The notes under the pieces are model-generated. The model ran no database searches, was not told where the DNA came from, and saw only the letters and a list, made by a program, of their open reading frames with translations. A DNA stretch of 63,989 nucleotides, the filler included, from Phoronis australis (lineage: Eukaryota > Animalia > Phoronida): the NCBI GenBank assembly GCA_002633005.1. It is 6 parts of 6 records of this genome, joined end to end, with 100 filler letters (N's around TTAATTAATTAA, not from the genome) between each part and the next. Parts side by side here need not be neighbours in the genome. Positions count along the whole stretch, not along the records: positions 1 to 24,302 come from NMRA01000594.1; positions 24,403 to 29,800 come from NMRA01002344.1; 4 more parts are not named here. The stretch is one strand, 5' to 3'. Of the stretch, positions 14,664 to 26,989 are shown in pieces. Position 1 is the stretch's first letter. Every line of letters starts with the position of its first letter. The position numbers and the translations under genes were made by a program.

Positions 14664-15223
14664 GAAATGAAAACTCAAATGTAAGCATTATTTTTATCAT
14701 TTATTCAAGATACAAATTTGAATTACATGTAGTTAAAAAATCTGGTTCTAGATTATTCATATTAACTTAATTCTTTTGCAACCACAACCCGAACACATTA
14801 TGGCCACCCAGTGAAACGAAACGGGGTAATGTGAGGTTATGCAAAAATCAAATTGGACCTTTTTGTGTGACGACATTTGAGCTAAAAAAGGTCAAAAATG
14901 CTCGTGGCTCCCTTTTTTCTCACAGCGTATTTCAAAGAAAACACGTTGAGCATCAACATAAGTCTTAGAACACATTCAATGACGTTACTTGAGTGACGGA
15001 GCCAAAACGCTCAAGGTACATGTACTCGTGACTTACAAAAAACGTTTGTTTACGCCGAAGTAAAAAATTAGCAAACCTGCATCATACATTTAAAGCTCAT
15101 AATCTGGGAAACTGAAATTTTAAAACAATATAACTCTCTTTTTCAAAGCATTATTAATTTAGTTAGAGGTAGCCTCTTGGTAACCTATCTCAACTTCACA
15201 TTTTTGAAGGACCTGTTTTAGGC

Positions 15224-15322
15224 GCACACACACACATACACACACACACACACTCACCCACACATACACACACAAAACAAACACACACACGCACACGCAC
15301 ACATACACACACACACACACAA
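15224..15322. repeat. Imperfect (CA)n microsatellite
   Basis: Directly visible. Confidence 0.95.
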
Positions 15323-15628
15323 ACATCACCTAAATGTATAAAATCGGCGATAAGTTAAAACTGTGCCAAACATTGTTAAGAGAGATTATTAACCAAGGTG
15401 ATCATTTGGTCACTGCAAATAAACACATTTTTCGAATAAGAGACCATACTGTTTTCAGTTGCCGACACTAATCAAAGAGAATTTTCTATATCAATCGCGA
15501 AATTAACGAAAAGTAATGTACAGCTATCCTCTGAAGGTTTGGATTTTTGTTTGGCACACCTCAAGATTAGTCCTTATCAGCCTGAACCATCTACATGTAC
15601 TGTATATGCGAGTTATCTGTTTACTTAC

Positions 15629-15727
15629 TTCATCCTTTTCGCGTTCATCTAATCCATTACTTCGAAGCAAATCCACTGTATCAATATTTCCTCCCAATGC
15701 AGCAAAATGCAGAACTGTTCTCTTCCC
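15629..15727 (-). CDS. Ankyrin-repeat exon 4 (GKRTVLHFAALGGNIDTVDLLRSNGLDEREKDE)
   Basis: 99-nt phase-0 exon, tag acceptor and gtaagt donor. Confidence 0.85.
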
Positions 15728-16300
15728 CTATAAGAAGTATCTTATTCAATTTAAAACGTTCACATTTATGAATTCAACCAAACTGATTACTGCATTTTTG
15801 TTGCATTACTAGGAAGTTTACGTGAGAGATCAAAACGCCCTTCTAAAGCATATGTTCTTTGAATGAGGTAGTGATTCTGTGGTTATTCAGTAGGTGGCAG
15901 TTCTTCTCCTCAATCAACATTCTGAAAGTTTTTATATATAATGCCAATTTGGGGTGCTCCAAAGCTTAAGTGTGGTACGGAGATCAGAGAACCACAGTGG
16001 CGTTTTTGCTAAGAAAAAAACATTTAAGAATTACAAAACCTTTCAAAACAATGGGGCCTGATGTCTAAATTCCAAATTATTTTTGACATCCTGGAGCACA
16101 GAGTTTGAATCAGAGTAGAAAGGAAATGTGTCAAAAAATCGATTCCCATAAAAATTTAGAACCCACGGCCGAAACGTATTCTATCTAAACATGCAATAAA
16201 AGAGCATGGCAATGTGTTCCTTTGCAAACTAGAAAAAACCCGCGTCAAGCTTGGCGTCACTGGAATACCATGCAAAACGAGAGGGGTAGAATATACTCAC

Positions 16301-16393
16301 TCTGTCTTGTGGGTGAACACTTGCTCCTTCAACCAACAACAACTTGACAATATCAAGGTGACCTCCCAAGGATGCATAATGTAAAGGCGTTCT
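16301..16393 (-). CDS. Ankyrin-repeat exon 3 (RTPLHYASLGGHLDIVKLLLVEGASVHPQDR)
   Basis: Near-consensus ankyrin repeat; gtgagt donor; expected 99-nt acceptor at 16400-16401 reads GG, and an in-frame AAG 6 nt inside gives a 93-nt exon. Confidence 0.75.
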
Positions 16394-17831
16394 CTTAAAC
16401 CAAAAGGCAAATTGATACTACACAAGGTGTTTCCCAAAAATTCATTATCACAACAAACGTGAATGGGAAAATAAAGCTTCAACGTTTAATTTCAATTCTT
16501 AAATTAAATCTGCTTTTGAATGATATTTAATATCGCGTATGACCAGGTGCAGAAAATCCGGAACAGTGAAGGACAACCAGGGCGTCGAAATCAGATGCAA
16601 TGTAGTAGCTGAAAGCATTTAAATAGTGACTGAATTCGTAAAAATCCAATTTCATAACGAGACGGTCATGCAAAGACCGAGTTCTCAAAGTTTGTTTCCT
16701 TATTTTGGTACTTGGTGGAACGAACAACACTCTTCAGTTCACACCAAGTTCTTTACTACATACTACAGACTGCCCTCAAAGAGATAAAATATTTGTAAAC
16801 AATAATTCAGATTGAAGCTCCATAGCAATTAGTTGAAGTAGGGAGAAAGGTGTATCCCCGAGCTTGCCTGCATGTGTCATTTTAAATTAATTGTTTTACG
16901 TCACCTGGAGCACGCTGTACTTGACGTGGAATCATTGCGCAAATCTCTGCTTTGATGGTTCCACGAAACTCTAATACAACTTATGTAAAAGTATCGCCAC
17001 CATAAGGCTCCACAAGCCATTGGAGGAATTCCCTTGTACATTTACCCATCCCGCAAAATCCCTCCAAAAAGTTTTGCTGTTGTGCATATTTGCTTTCTGT
17101 CAGTAGATGCACCAAAGTTCCTGAATCGGTAATGATGAGGCATTGACAAATTCAAAGGAATTCAAGATGCATTTGATCCTACTTGTTGTGATGAGGCAAC
17201 GACTTTTGACTGCCATTGATCTGAGTTTATGTCTGCGGTGACGTTTAGCTTCATGGCATCCGCTCATGATTTGTTCAAGAAACGGGAAGTGTGCAACAAA
17301 TGGCCTAAGCATCTTCTATCCCTGTTTACAGCCGTGTGAACATTTTCAGCATTAGAATACTTAAAATTTCCAGTCTATAAAAATGGTGTCCTGGTAAATG
17401 ATGTCAACAAACCTTTGAGACCTACTTCCTGAGGATCACAGTATTGTTTGAAGTGTTGAATTTGCTTCGCCCCTGAGCCCCTGAATGAACACAGAGGCAA
17501 CTCCCTTTACCCTACTACCCTCTGTCAATGTCATTGAAAACGCCGGTTGAAGTTATCTTTTGATAACGACGGCAAAATTTTTTTGGGCCGAACAGCCTTG
17601 TTGAGGTTTTGCTAATGTTAATCTCAAAACTTCATGTGATATGCCAGTATATTGAAACTGGGATTTAGCCAGCGCCTGAGATCGAACTTTGATGAAAGAA
17701 GAGACAGCTTAAATTTATCTCGAAAACATATTTAAAAAGCGATGTTTTCTTATCATTGGATGCTGCTCAGAAGGTAATTATTAATGTGTGTCCACAACAC
17801 CAAACTAATGTTTTCTTTTGAATATACTTAC

Positions 17832-17930
17832 GGAGTCAGCTTGACAAGCATCCGTTGTTTTCGTCAAAAATCCCGTTAACACTTCAGGATTACCTCCCAG
17901 CGCAGCATAATGCAAAAGGGAATCATTGTT
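17832..17930 (-). CDS. Ankyrin-repeat exon 2 (NNDSLLHYAALGGNPEVLTGFLTKTTDACQADS)
   Basis: 99-nt phase-0 exon, cag acceptor and gtaagt donor. Confidence 0.85.
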
Positions 17931-18360
17931 CTGTAAAGATACAACGGAGCATTTTCAAATTGACAATAAAGGTGATGGTTCACTCAACATCAAAATTTAA
18001 ATTGCGGTCGTTTTACATTAACCTCAGAGGTTAAAACCAAAAATTTTTACAACCCTGGGATGGATAATTTCATTATTTTAGGTCACAAGGTGAGTTGCCA
18101 AAAATGGCAACGTACTAAACACGATAAGACTTTTTTGCTATTTGCTATTAAAGTGTTAGTCAGCTCATAAGATTCACGCATATGTCCAGCTGCATGGTTC
18201 CTTTGAAGATTGCGGCAGATTTTAAGATTTGCCAGCCGGTCAAGTTGCCCTAACTCGGGCGGTGAGTGCGTCAGCGTCAGATTAGTTAGAACTGCACAGT
18301 GAACAACACTGAAATTCAACCGGCCAAATGGTGATCTTACATGCAGGAATATTAACTTAC

Positions 18361-18459
18361 GGCGTCTGCCATGGGTGGGTGGGGGAATTTATCCAAAATA
18401 AGGTTCACAATCTCCAGATTGCCCCCCAGAGTTGCAAAACGGAGAGCTCCTCTTATCCA
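18361..18459 (-). CDS. Ankyrin-repeat exon 1 of those visible (WIRGALRFATLGGNLEIVNLILDKFPHPPMADA)
   Basis: 99-nt phase-0 exon, cag acceptor and gtaagt donor; GGNLEIVNLIL ankyrin helix 2. Confidence 0.8.
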
Positions 18460-19055
18460 CTGAAAATTACGATGATTTATTGATATTATTAAAGATGGTG
18501 ACATACTTAAAGTCACTATTTCCTTTACTTTCGCCTGCTTAGATCACAAATTGAGCTTTGCCAATCGAAAGATATCACTAATTCAGAGACTAAACTCAAA
18601 GGTGGATTTAGGGGGGCAGCCCCCTTCACCCCCCCCCCGTCTGCCGCAAAAAAATAAAACAGCAAGAGCGTGAGGGAGTGTTGAGTTTCTCAATTAACCA
18701 AGACAATTAATATTATACGGCTGAAACAAAATTAGCAATGTTTGTGCGTGTGGGGGGAGGGGCTCACGTGTCCGTTTCAGACCGCTGGCGCAATCGTAAC
18801 GGAACTATGGTTAAGTAATGGCGCTCCTGGTCGATATTTGCGTGACATCCCAGCGGAGCGGCAGTGGCGCTAGGCACCATCAATTTGTGTCTGTTGTCTG
18901 CTCCACTGTGCAATTAAGGAAATTACTTCATTTTTTCAAAGAAAACGGTATCTGATTGACGATGAAGCAACAAAAGCTACTGGTAAGATGTAAATTTTAA
19001 TCAAAGCCTCAGTGAATCACTCAAAACTCATAATTTTCTCTTTGTGAAATATGAA

Positions 19056-19430
19056 AGGAAAATGCCAATCAAGAAACAGCCTATTTTGTATCAATTTAGA
19101 TCGATTAGTTCCCCTCGATTACAGCAAGTTCAGTTGTTTTACCTGACAGCTGACGGCAGACGGAGGTATTGAAATTAACCAATGACATAATAGGTTCGAA
19201 CGCAGTCTGATCAGACATTCACAACATGCTTACTGGTGTCAACTTATCGTTTGAATGCATCGTTTTGCACCAGTAAATCATCAAATTTCGATGTAAAGCC
19301 CTTACAAATACACCGGGTTCATGAACAAACGTGTTGTTTTATTTTATTTCCTTGTTTCGGATTTATAGGTATACGAACGTGCGGTAGCCTACAAGGAGTC
19401 AAGTAGTGTAGACCCCTATAGGCCAATTTA
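19056..19430 (+). mobile_element. Fragment of a Kolobok-like non-autonomous DNA element
   Basis: Aligns over ~350 bp with the inverted copy at 21255-21604, which begins TTAA|AGG. Confidence 0.6.
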
Positions 19431-21254
19431 AAATGGTCGATCGCGGAAGTTTGGGTCAATTTGGTGATAAATTCGAAACCTTCTTTCGTGAAATAAAGAC
19501 ATTAAAGATAGTGTGTGGTACTTTTAGACTTGCGATTTGTTTCAGTTCTAAACACACAAAACGCTTGTTATCCCAGGCAGTGCCTCAGGCCCGTTGGGGC
19601 AGCCGGGACTGGATATCACGAGTAAACCTCCAGTCACGTAAAGACTATACTAGTGAGCCAAAGAAATAATGTGCACGTAATTATTTTAGTGAATTAGCAA
19701 CGCAAATGCAAATGTACTTACTTGTCGGGGGGGGTGGGGAAATCAAGTTGCCCTTTTACAGAACCGTCAGTGAAAAGTTGTACAGTAACAATGATGTTAT
19801 ACAGAATTTGTTAAATGCACGAAGCTTTTCATTGTGCACCGTCTTTATTCCGTTACGTTCGTACTTTCGGAACAAAACTCTTCTCTCAACTGAACATAGA
19901 TACGGTAACTGACCTAGCGACATAATTAAAAGACACACAATATTTCGAAAAATACATGTACTTGTTTTATTCTCAAGTGAAGATAAAATGACGCAATAAT
20001 GCCACCACAGAGTATAAGCTGACGAAACACACAGTGAGACACGGCGGGTGTGAAATACTGCAAAGAATGACTAATGAAGGGGAGTAACAGGAAACTCACG
20101 CAAACAAGTGTAACGTGCGGCGCGACCCTGTTTGCTGCTCATGAAAACAGGCTTCTCAAAAGCAATTAAAAGGGACTCTAAACTTTCAAACGCAGCACAT
20201 CTTGCTCCATGTGGCGAATTGACGTGTTTTCCACAATTTCTTGACGGGTGATTTTACGTGCGTGGCATTTCAGAAAATGATCTTGAATGGCGCCATTTTG
20301 AAGATGCATGGATAACCGACGGGAAAGAATGCAAACCGTTTGACAAATGTAACATTGTTTGACGTTTGAACGAAGACACTCGTTCATAGGGCATACTAAC
20401 TCATTAACAACATTACACTGTGCAACGGGGCGGACTTTCGCTTTAGAAATGTTATTTTTCATGACCAAGTTGGAGGAGCTTTTATTTCGATAATAAATAA
20501 TAACATCGAGGTAATCATCAGGCTTACAAACTTTAACATTATCCCTTATAATTTTCTTAATGGCGTGTTCGTCTTGGCGGTATTTATTAGACATGACATT
20601 TTTGTAAAATATCTTTTTGGTCACACCAGTCCAGTTACTTCATAAATTCTTGAGGACACAAATCCCTTAATATGGAAATCCACAAAAGCATTGGTATACC
20701 CATTATTCACCAGTGTTTGTCTTATGCGATCTACGTCTTGAGTGAACAATAGCCAGTTGGATGAGACCGAATGCGCCCTCTTTAAGTTGGCCACAACGGC
20801 GAACTTATACCGCTCAGGGCACTCACTTTTGGCGTGGAGACAGAAACATTTATCAGTAGGCTTGTGGTAAACCGAGATGTAGAAAATTCAGATGGAGAAT
20901 GGTTCACAAGAACGTCCAAAAATGGAATCTTGTCATTTACAGGAAGCTCGTGAGTAAACTTCAATACAGAGTGACGCTCAAGTTCATCACGTGCTGATAA
21001 CAAGTCATCAAAGGCACAATAAACAAAAATATCATCTACATAACGTACATAGATAGGAATATCACACATTGCTAGCCCTCTTTTCCACTTCAGATATATA
21101 AAATTCCGAGAAAGTGGGACCCAGAGTAGAGCCTATGCTCACACCATCTTTTTGCAAAAACAATTTCCAATTGATATGGCAAAATAATACTTTGGTTGTG
21201 CAGATGGTCAACAACTCTCTCATATGAGTTGGTGAAATATCGGGTGGCGTTTAT

Positions 21255-21604
21255 TGGCCTATCGAACTTTGTAGGCTACGGTGTGTCCAAATACCAATAA
21301 ATCCGTAAGAGCGAAATAAAACAACACGTTTTTATAAGAACTCGGTGTACTTTTAAGGGTTTTACATCGAAGTTTGAGGATTCATTGGTGTTAAACGATG
21401 TCTTCAAGCGATCAGCTGACACCAGTAACCCGTGTTGTGAACTGCTGAACAGACCGCGTGTCAAACCGATGACGTAATTGGATAATTTCAACACCCCCCT
21501 CTGCCGTCAGGTGTCAGGTAACGCAACCGCACGTGTCGTTATGGAGTAGAACTATTCGATCTAAATTGATACAAATTAGGTTGTTTTTTGGGTGGCATGC
21601 TCCT
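21255..21604 (-). mobile_element. Kolobok-like fragment nested in the PLE RT
   Basis: TTAA at 21605-21608 followed by an AGG terminus; PLE RT peptide interrupted on both sides. Confidence 0.65.
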
Positions 21605-21748
21605 TTAAGCTCAATGAGGGGTGACCGACTAATGCTGGTAAACTTGGAAGGGTCACATATTAATAGACTAAGTTTATCGGAATATTCATCAGTTTGTTTA
21701 AAATAACATACTGGGCAGACATGTCGGCGCGGCGAATAACAATACCAT

Positions 21749-21786
21749 CATTTGAGAATAAACCAAGTATGTTTCGAAATATCGTG
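21749..21786 (+). ncRNA. Degenerate minimal type-I hammerhead ribozyme in a PLE pLTR
   Basis: UUGAGAA (U3-A8 core variant), stem II, GAAA, palindromic AUAU, C, GUG; stem II partly mismatched in this copy. Confidence 0.55.
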
Positions 21787-23805
21787 TGTCTTTTAATTAT
21801 CTCGCTAGGTCAGTTACTGTATCTATGTTCAGTTGAGAGCATAGTTTTGTTCCGAAAGTACGAACGTAACGGAATAAAGACTGTGAACAATGACAAGTGT
21901 CGTGCATTTAACAAATTCTGAATAACCGAAAACTTGCTCAGGAAGTTAAGCCAGTTCAAGTAACAATGATGTGAAAAATGTAAGTGTATATCTAAAAAAA
22001 GATTCTCCTAACATGTGACCATAGCATGTAAAATCGAGCTTTTGTTTTACAACAGACTTCTGTTAGCAAACGCTGACTAAGCATACGCTCACACGGCCTC
22101 TGTGCCCGGTCAATTAGAAGTACCTTTATTGCATCTGAAGCTGGTAATGCAGTGGTTTATTATTACTTTTTCAATGTTGAGTACGAAATCGTCAGAATAC
22201 AATGAATATACATAACCCAGAAAGCGCCAAGAGGCATTAGATCTGGGTAAAAAATACAAAGAAATCTACATGTGTATACAATTATTGTACACGTATACAT
22301 AAATAAGAAACTGATGTTATATGACTACGAATGTAAATAATTCATTTTCATACAGATGTATAAAATTCTATCCACTCACCAAAGAAATTTAATGTTATCA
22401 TGAAATTCTGATACTACATGTATTTAAAATAAAACCTTATTTTCATTTAGTTAAGTTCTTGACATCCATATCGAAAGAAATAAATTACCATTGCGGAATT
22501 TCAGAATATTTTTTGTAAACATTGGCGTATTGTTCAAGTGTCTGGAAAAGCTGTACCCTCTCCTCCTTGCATTCCTTACAAGCAAAGAAAACACGAGGAT
22601 ATGTCTGGGTTTATTCATTGCTGGCTTCTTAAAACATTTGCATTCACGAATACTCCAAAGCTACAGTATTATAAATTTTATCTAATGAGACACACTTTGT
22701 TCCAGATTTATATAAGCATTGGTTAGAGTGAGAATAATTCATTTTGAAACAGAACGCAGAATAATAAACGTCATCATGGCAACTTGCAATCCCGACTTAT
22801 ACGAGAGTTCATGAGACGAATGCTTCGCAGGTGGACGTGAAGTTTCACAGGCTGTCAGTTCGAATCGGAACACGGTGATCAAGAAACACTAGAGAGGCGC
22901 CGTGAAATTGCACAGGCAACGGAATGTATGGATAGTTTTTTGGTCAGCCGGCATTAGTCGGACTCGCTGTCGACGACTGCCTACCACAGAATCAGAGTTG
23001 TGTCACCATAGACTATAGATAGGGACTACCAACTCCCGTTAAAGCGCGAGGAGCATGTCAAGGACCAAGAGACATAAGCATTAACGATAAGAGGGCGCTG
23101 CACACGCAGGATAGAAAACTTCCGGGTTTACGGAGCAGCCGTTCCCTCGTTTCAAGATTTGGTTAAGTAATGCGTCGACTTGCTTGATTTTTTGAAGTTT
23201 TAAAAACTTGTAAAATTAAAATGCGTATATTGTTCTCTGTCATGTAATTTAAAACCTTCACAGGATGATTCAGACATGTTATGAATTATCAACGCCAGAA
23301 ACGTCTTCAGCTGATTTTCCCATTCTCCATTTTTACACTTAAGTCGCATCAGCTGTTTTTTGCTGCAAGTAGTATTAGTGCTTGTTTAAATTAAGTAACG
23401 TACGAATCAGCTCATAATCATAAGTAAAAGTATTAACCAACAAAAATGAATTCGTTACAATGTTACACAATAAATATTTGTGTAATTCACACAGCTTTGT
23501 TCCAGTGGGGAGGAAAGGCTCACCGTCATTGACATATCATTTGCAGAACCCTAGTGTCAAAAACTTCCGTCACTAGTATCACAGTGGCGCATCTAGAATA
23601 CAATAAGGGAAGTCCAACATGTCGCTCGTGGAATTGGGCAAATCGCAATAGTATGTGCACAGGCGACCCGAAAGTTGGAAGGGTAAAAAAATAATTGCAG
23701 GTGGTCTGATACACGTTGTACCAGACGTGCGCAGGCCTCGCATGTGGACCCATTGCACTGATCACCTGGAAATATTTTTATGCGTTATAAATATATGGTT
23801 AAAAC

Positions 23806-23900
23806 CGAGCTGAGGAGCTAGAAACCTGGCTCAAGGGTTTAGCAGTATGACCTGGTGGGACTTGAACCCATGACCTGGAGTAAAGAAAGCGGGCAGGTGA
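23806..23900 (-). mobile_element. tRNA-derived SINE head fragment
   Basis: Minus-strand B-box GGGTTCAAGTCCCACCAGG. Confidence 0.4.
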
Positions 23901-24089
23901 TGTGGACCTTGCGTTCTGCAAATGTATTGGTGGACTAAAAACAGCGAACGCGATTCCGGCGCTAGCGGTCCCAGTTACTCACGGTTCATGCTGTTGCTGT
24001 TGCTGTTTCCTTTTGCTTGCGGCAGCCCGGGGGGGGGGGGCAGGCTCATGCCTAAATCTGCCTATGTATCATAGGCCAACAGTACATTG

Positions 24090-24302
24090 TAGGGAATTTT
24101 CTAAATATATTCATGATTATCATTGGTTCGATACATGGCACTCGTTGCTGTTAACAATCTTTATTCCATTCCGTTCGCATCCTCGGAACAAAGTGCAAAA
24201 GTCAACAGAACATTGGTAAAGTAACTGACCAAGAGACATGATTAAAAGACAAATGATATTTCGATACATACTTGTTTCATTCTCAAGTGGAAACAAAATG
24301 AC
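24090..24302 (-). mobile_element. Diverged pLTR of the same Naiad-like PLE family, with hammerhead motif at 24252-24289; runs into a gap
   Basis: Aligns to 19800-19992; minus strand reads CAC-TTGAGAA-T-GAAACA-agta-TGTATC-GAAA-TATC. Confidence 0.75.
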
Positions 24303-24402
24303 NNNNNNNNNNNNNNNNNNNNNNNNNNNNNNNNNNNNNNNNNNNNTTAATTAATTAANNNNNNNNNNNNNNNNNNNNNNNNNNNNNNNNNNNNNNNNNN
24401 NN
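24303..24402. other. Assembly gap with artificial TTAATTAATTAA linker (also 29801-29900, 42053-42152, 58724-58823, 61541-61640)
   Basis: Identical N44-12mer-N44 layout five times. Confidence 0.97.
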
Positions 24403-25789
24403 GTACAAGACTTGGCTTACCTCAAAATCCAACTCTGCCTGGTGGTTTGGTAATTGGCCCAATCATGTTTTACACCCAACAGAATAAATGAGGAACATAA
24501 TATGGCAAGATTATACAAAAACTTTAGGTTGTAAACATCACATTTCTTGTCCGATTTTTGAAACTCAAAAACTTAACCACGGATACTGTTCACAGACTAT
24601 TCATTATACATGCTATTTAAAAACTTTCAAAACGAAAATTTAAAATACTATTGTTGCCCCCAGTGTTTTTATGATGAGTCTGATTATCTAGGGAAGATAA
24701 CATCAGCAGCATGGTACAGACCGCAAATTTTAAGGTATGCAAACCAGTCGAGTCTCAACTGGTGACGGTGTCAACGTAGGATTCTTTTTATGACATCACA
24801 GTAAACTGTTGAAGAACAAATTTAGTTGATATTTTTCATATATAACGTCTCAGCTGTTGGAACTATGATTAGAAAGTGTCGTTAGTTAGGAGCTCATAAT
24901 AAAGTTGAAATGAAAAAAGATAGAATTTGTGAGTAAACAAAGCCATAAATATGAGGAACTTAGCTGAGTCCCTATTTGGGATTGTTTCAAGCAACAGGGA
25001 ACATGGGCTCACTTTGGTTGCCCTTACTGGACTTGTAAATATTACAAAAACATGGAATACTTACTTGAAAAGAGCAAATGTCAAATTTCTTTCAAGTCCA
25101 TCAATATCTATCTATTAGTTCTATAATACCACCTATTTATTTATTTTATTTATGTATTGTGATATTTAAAATGGGGGTGGCCTCTTCAGTGATAGCGCTG
25201 CTTTCCAAGAGGGCCCTTTTGAAAAGAAATACCTTGTTAACAACTAAAAAGGCCACCAGGGGACGCTAGACTAGTCCAACACTGTCCAGACATCTCAGAC
25301 ACATACTCCCCCTAAGTTTCTATGAAGTCTGTCAATCAGTACTCCACAAATCATCCAGATATGTTCTTTCCCAAAAATACCAAAGAATAGCCCCGTCCCC
25401 TACCAGCAGAGTGAGACCGCAATAGAAATTGACCGCAAAAGCACGGGTAACAGCTTCTAATATATAAAATGCATCATTTGCACAAACTCCGTCTCCCCGC
25501 TCCACTACAGACCTTCATTGCGCCCGTTTAGGCACCACCTTGGTCCCAGGTATTGCACCGGCCCCCTATTTGGATCCGAGGTGTTCTATTTTTTTCTTGC
25601 AGGCAGTTTTTTTGCAGACACGGAGGGAGGGTGGCCAGTTTCGTACTGACCTTGGTGACGTCAGTTCGTCGGCTCAACGGCCTGGGTGACGTCACTCCGT
25701 CGGCTTAATTTCTGGCTTCTGTCACGTATATAATTCATCTGGCCTGTCGCTGCCAAAATTAATGATGCCTCATTAAAAAATCCTTACTT

Positions 25790-26640
25790 TTCCTTTAGTA
25801 AACTAAATTATTTACCCTGGTGTTGGAAAATTGGCGTTCTTCAGTTATTCTCCTGCTAAAATTGCGATGCGCTCTTTGGGCGCCATTGCGTCACCTGTTG
25901 GCCAATTTCCATGTTATTTAATCACCAGCAGATGTAATCTCAAGAGTGTGTGAATTGCTTACAGATGCCGAGATTGTACAACAGCAGGAGAGATGGGCAA
26001 CAAAGCGCCTCATAGGGAGAGGATGGCAATACGGAGATGCAGCAAAAACTCGTATCAGGCGAAAAGATCGAAGAGTGTGTAACCAGCACAAACTTGGTTG
26101 CATCACCAAATTTACATTGCGTGCGATACTGGAAGGAGGAGGGCCAGAGACTATCCCGGTGCCTACCTTCTGACGTCACCACAGAAACAGAAACAGAAAC
26201 AATCAAATGTGAGGTTGCGTACATGTCATAACAATCGCAAGTGGTTTCATTTCGTTTTAAGTTTTTACTATTTTATGATCAGAAAACTCAATTTCAGAAA
26301 AAAAACTCTCAAGAGATATCGCAAAATTTTTGGATATGGCACATACGTGCGGGTGCCACAAGTATGCACTGTTTTCAAAACGACCACAGATTTCCTTTGT
26401 TACAAAAGGCGGAGAATTACGAAAAATAACGTTTATTGGATTGTCTTCTTACTTCTATAAACGGCTGTAACGGGCAAGGTGAATGTCGGTTCATTCCCAG
26501 ATTCTGCATGCACCCCCGTTGTTAGCTCTAAGTTTCACGACGAGGTGACAAGCTGAGCACCGGGGTTCGGTGATGATTTCGGTGTCTAACCGGAGCTCTA
26601 CACACGATAGTCTTCATACAGCTAGCTGGCTTTCTACCTC
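25790..26640 (+). repeat. Interspersed repeat, probably the body of a non-autonomous Helitron; second copy at ~45820-46460
   Basis: Shared blocks such as agtaaactaaattatttacc..., ggtttcatttc..., ttccagatt.tgcatgcacacc..., cgacgaggtgacaa. Confidence 0.65.
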
Positions 26641-26945
26641 AGTATGTACATTTATGATGCAACTTTTGTTATATACAGTATTTTAAATGCATTATTAGTT
26701 TTCACTATAAAGAATATCTGATTACTGTACTTTGTGTTACGGCAGGGTCAAATGTTCTGGACAGAAATTTGTACTGCCTGGGGAAAGAATCCCGCAGCCG
26801 CAAACCTTGCCTACTAAAATCTGACAGTGACTGAAAATCTGCTTGAAGCTTTGAACACGGCCTTTTCAAGAAGTATTCCTGTCTCTTGCGATGAACACTA
26901 ATGTTCACTCTTAGTCTAAGTATCTATTACCCTCTGCGTTTCGCA

Positions 26946-26984
26946 CTAGCTGCTACCCGTGCGAAAGCACGGGTAACGGCTAGT
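26946..26984 (+). mobile_element. Helitron-like 3' terminus (GC hairpin followed by CTAG|T)
   Basis: ACCCGTGC-GAAA-GCACGGGT hairpin then AACGGCTAG-T; partial relatives near 25440 and 33915. Confidence 0.6.
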
Positions 26985-26989
26985 AAATT

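Larger units (their letters stand above)
19798..21958 (-). mobile_element. Penelope-like retroelement (Naiad-like motifs) with inverted pLTRs and a 14-bp TSD
   Basis: RT motifs IVIRRAD, QKDGVSIGSTLGPTFSEFY, YVRYVDDIF, SECPERYK; endonuclease CP..EC...LSRRLSMHLQNGAIQDH; inverted repeats 19798-19976 and 21752-21925; TSD AGTAACAATGATGT at 19784-19797 and 21959-21972; frameshifts and stops. Confidence 0.92.

Noticed and set aside
19798-21958. Initial reading as a DNA transposon with long TIRs that captured an RT
   Set aside because: The arms encode the PLE ORF N-terminus and hammerhead, and the long variable TSDs indicate retrotransposition, so they are inverted pLTRs
23020-23170. CpG-rich segment with ACTAC..TCCC and CTTCCGG motifs, possible promoter
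   Set aside because: ZNF143-like motif spacing is off by one and no linked exon could be established
24347-24358. TTAATTAATTAA repeated five times within N runs
   Set aside because: Artificial scaffolding linker with stops in all six frames; not biological
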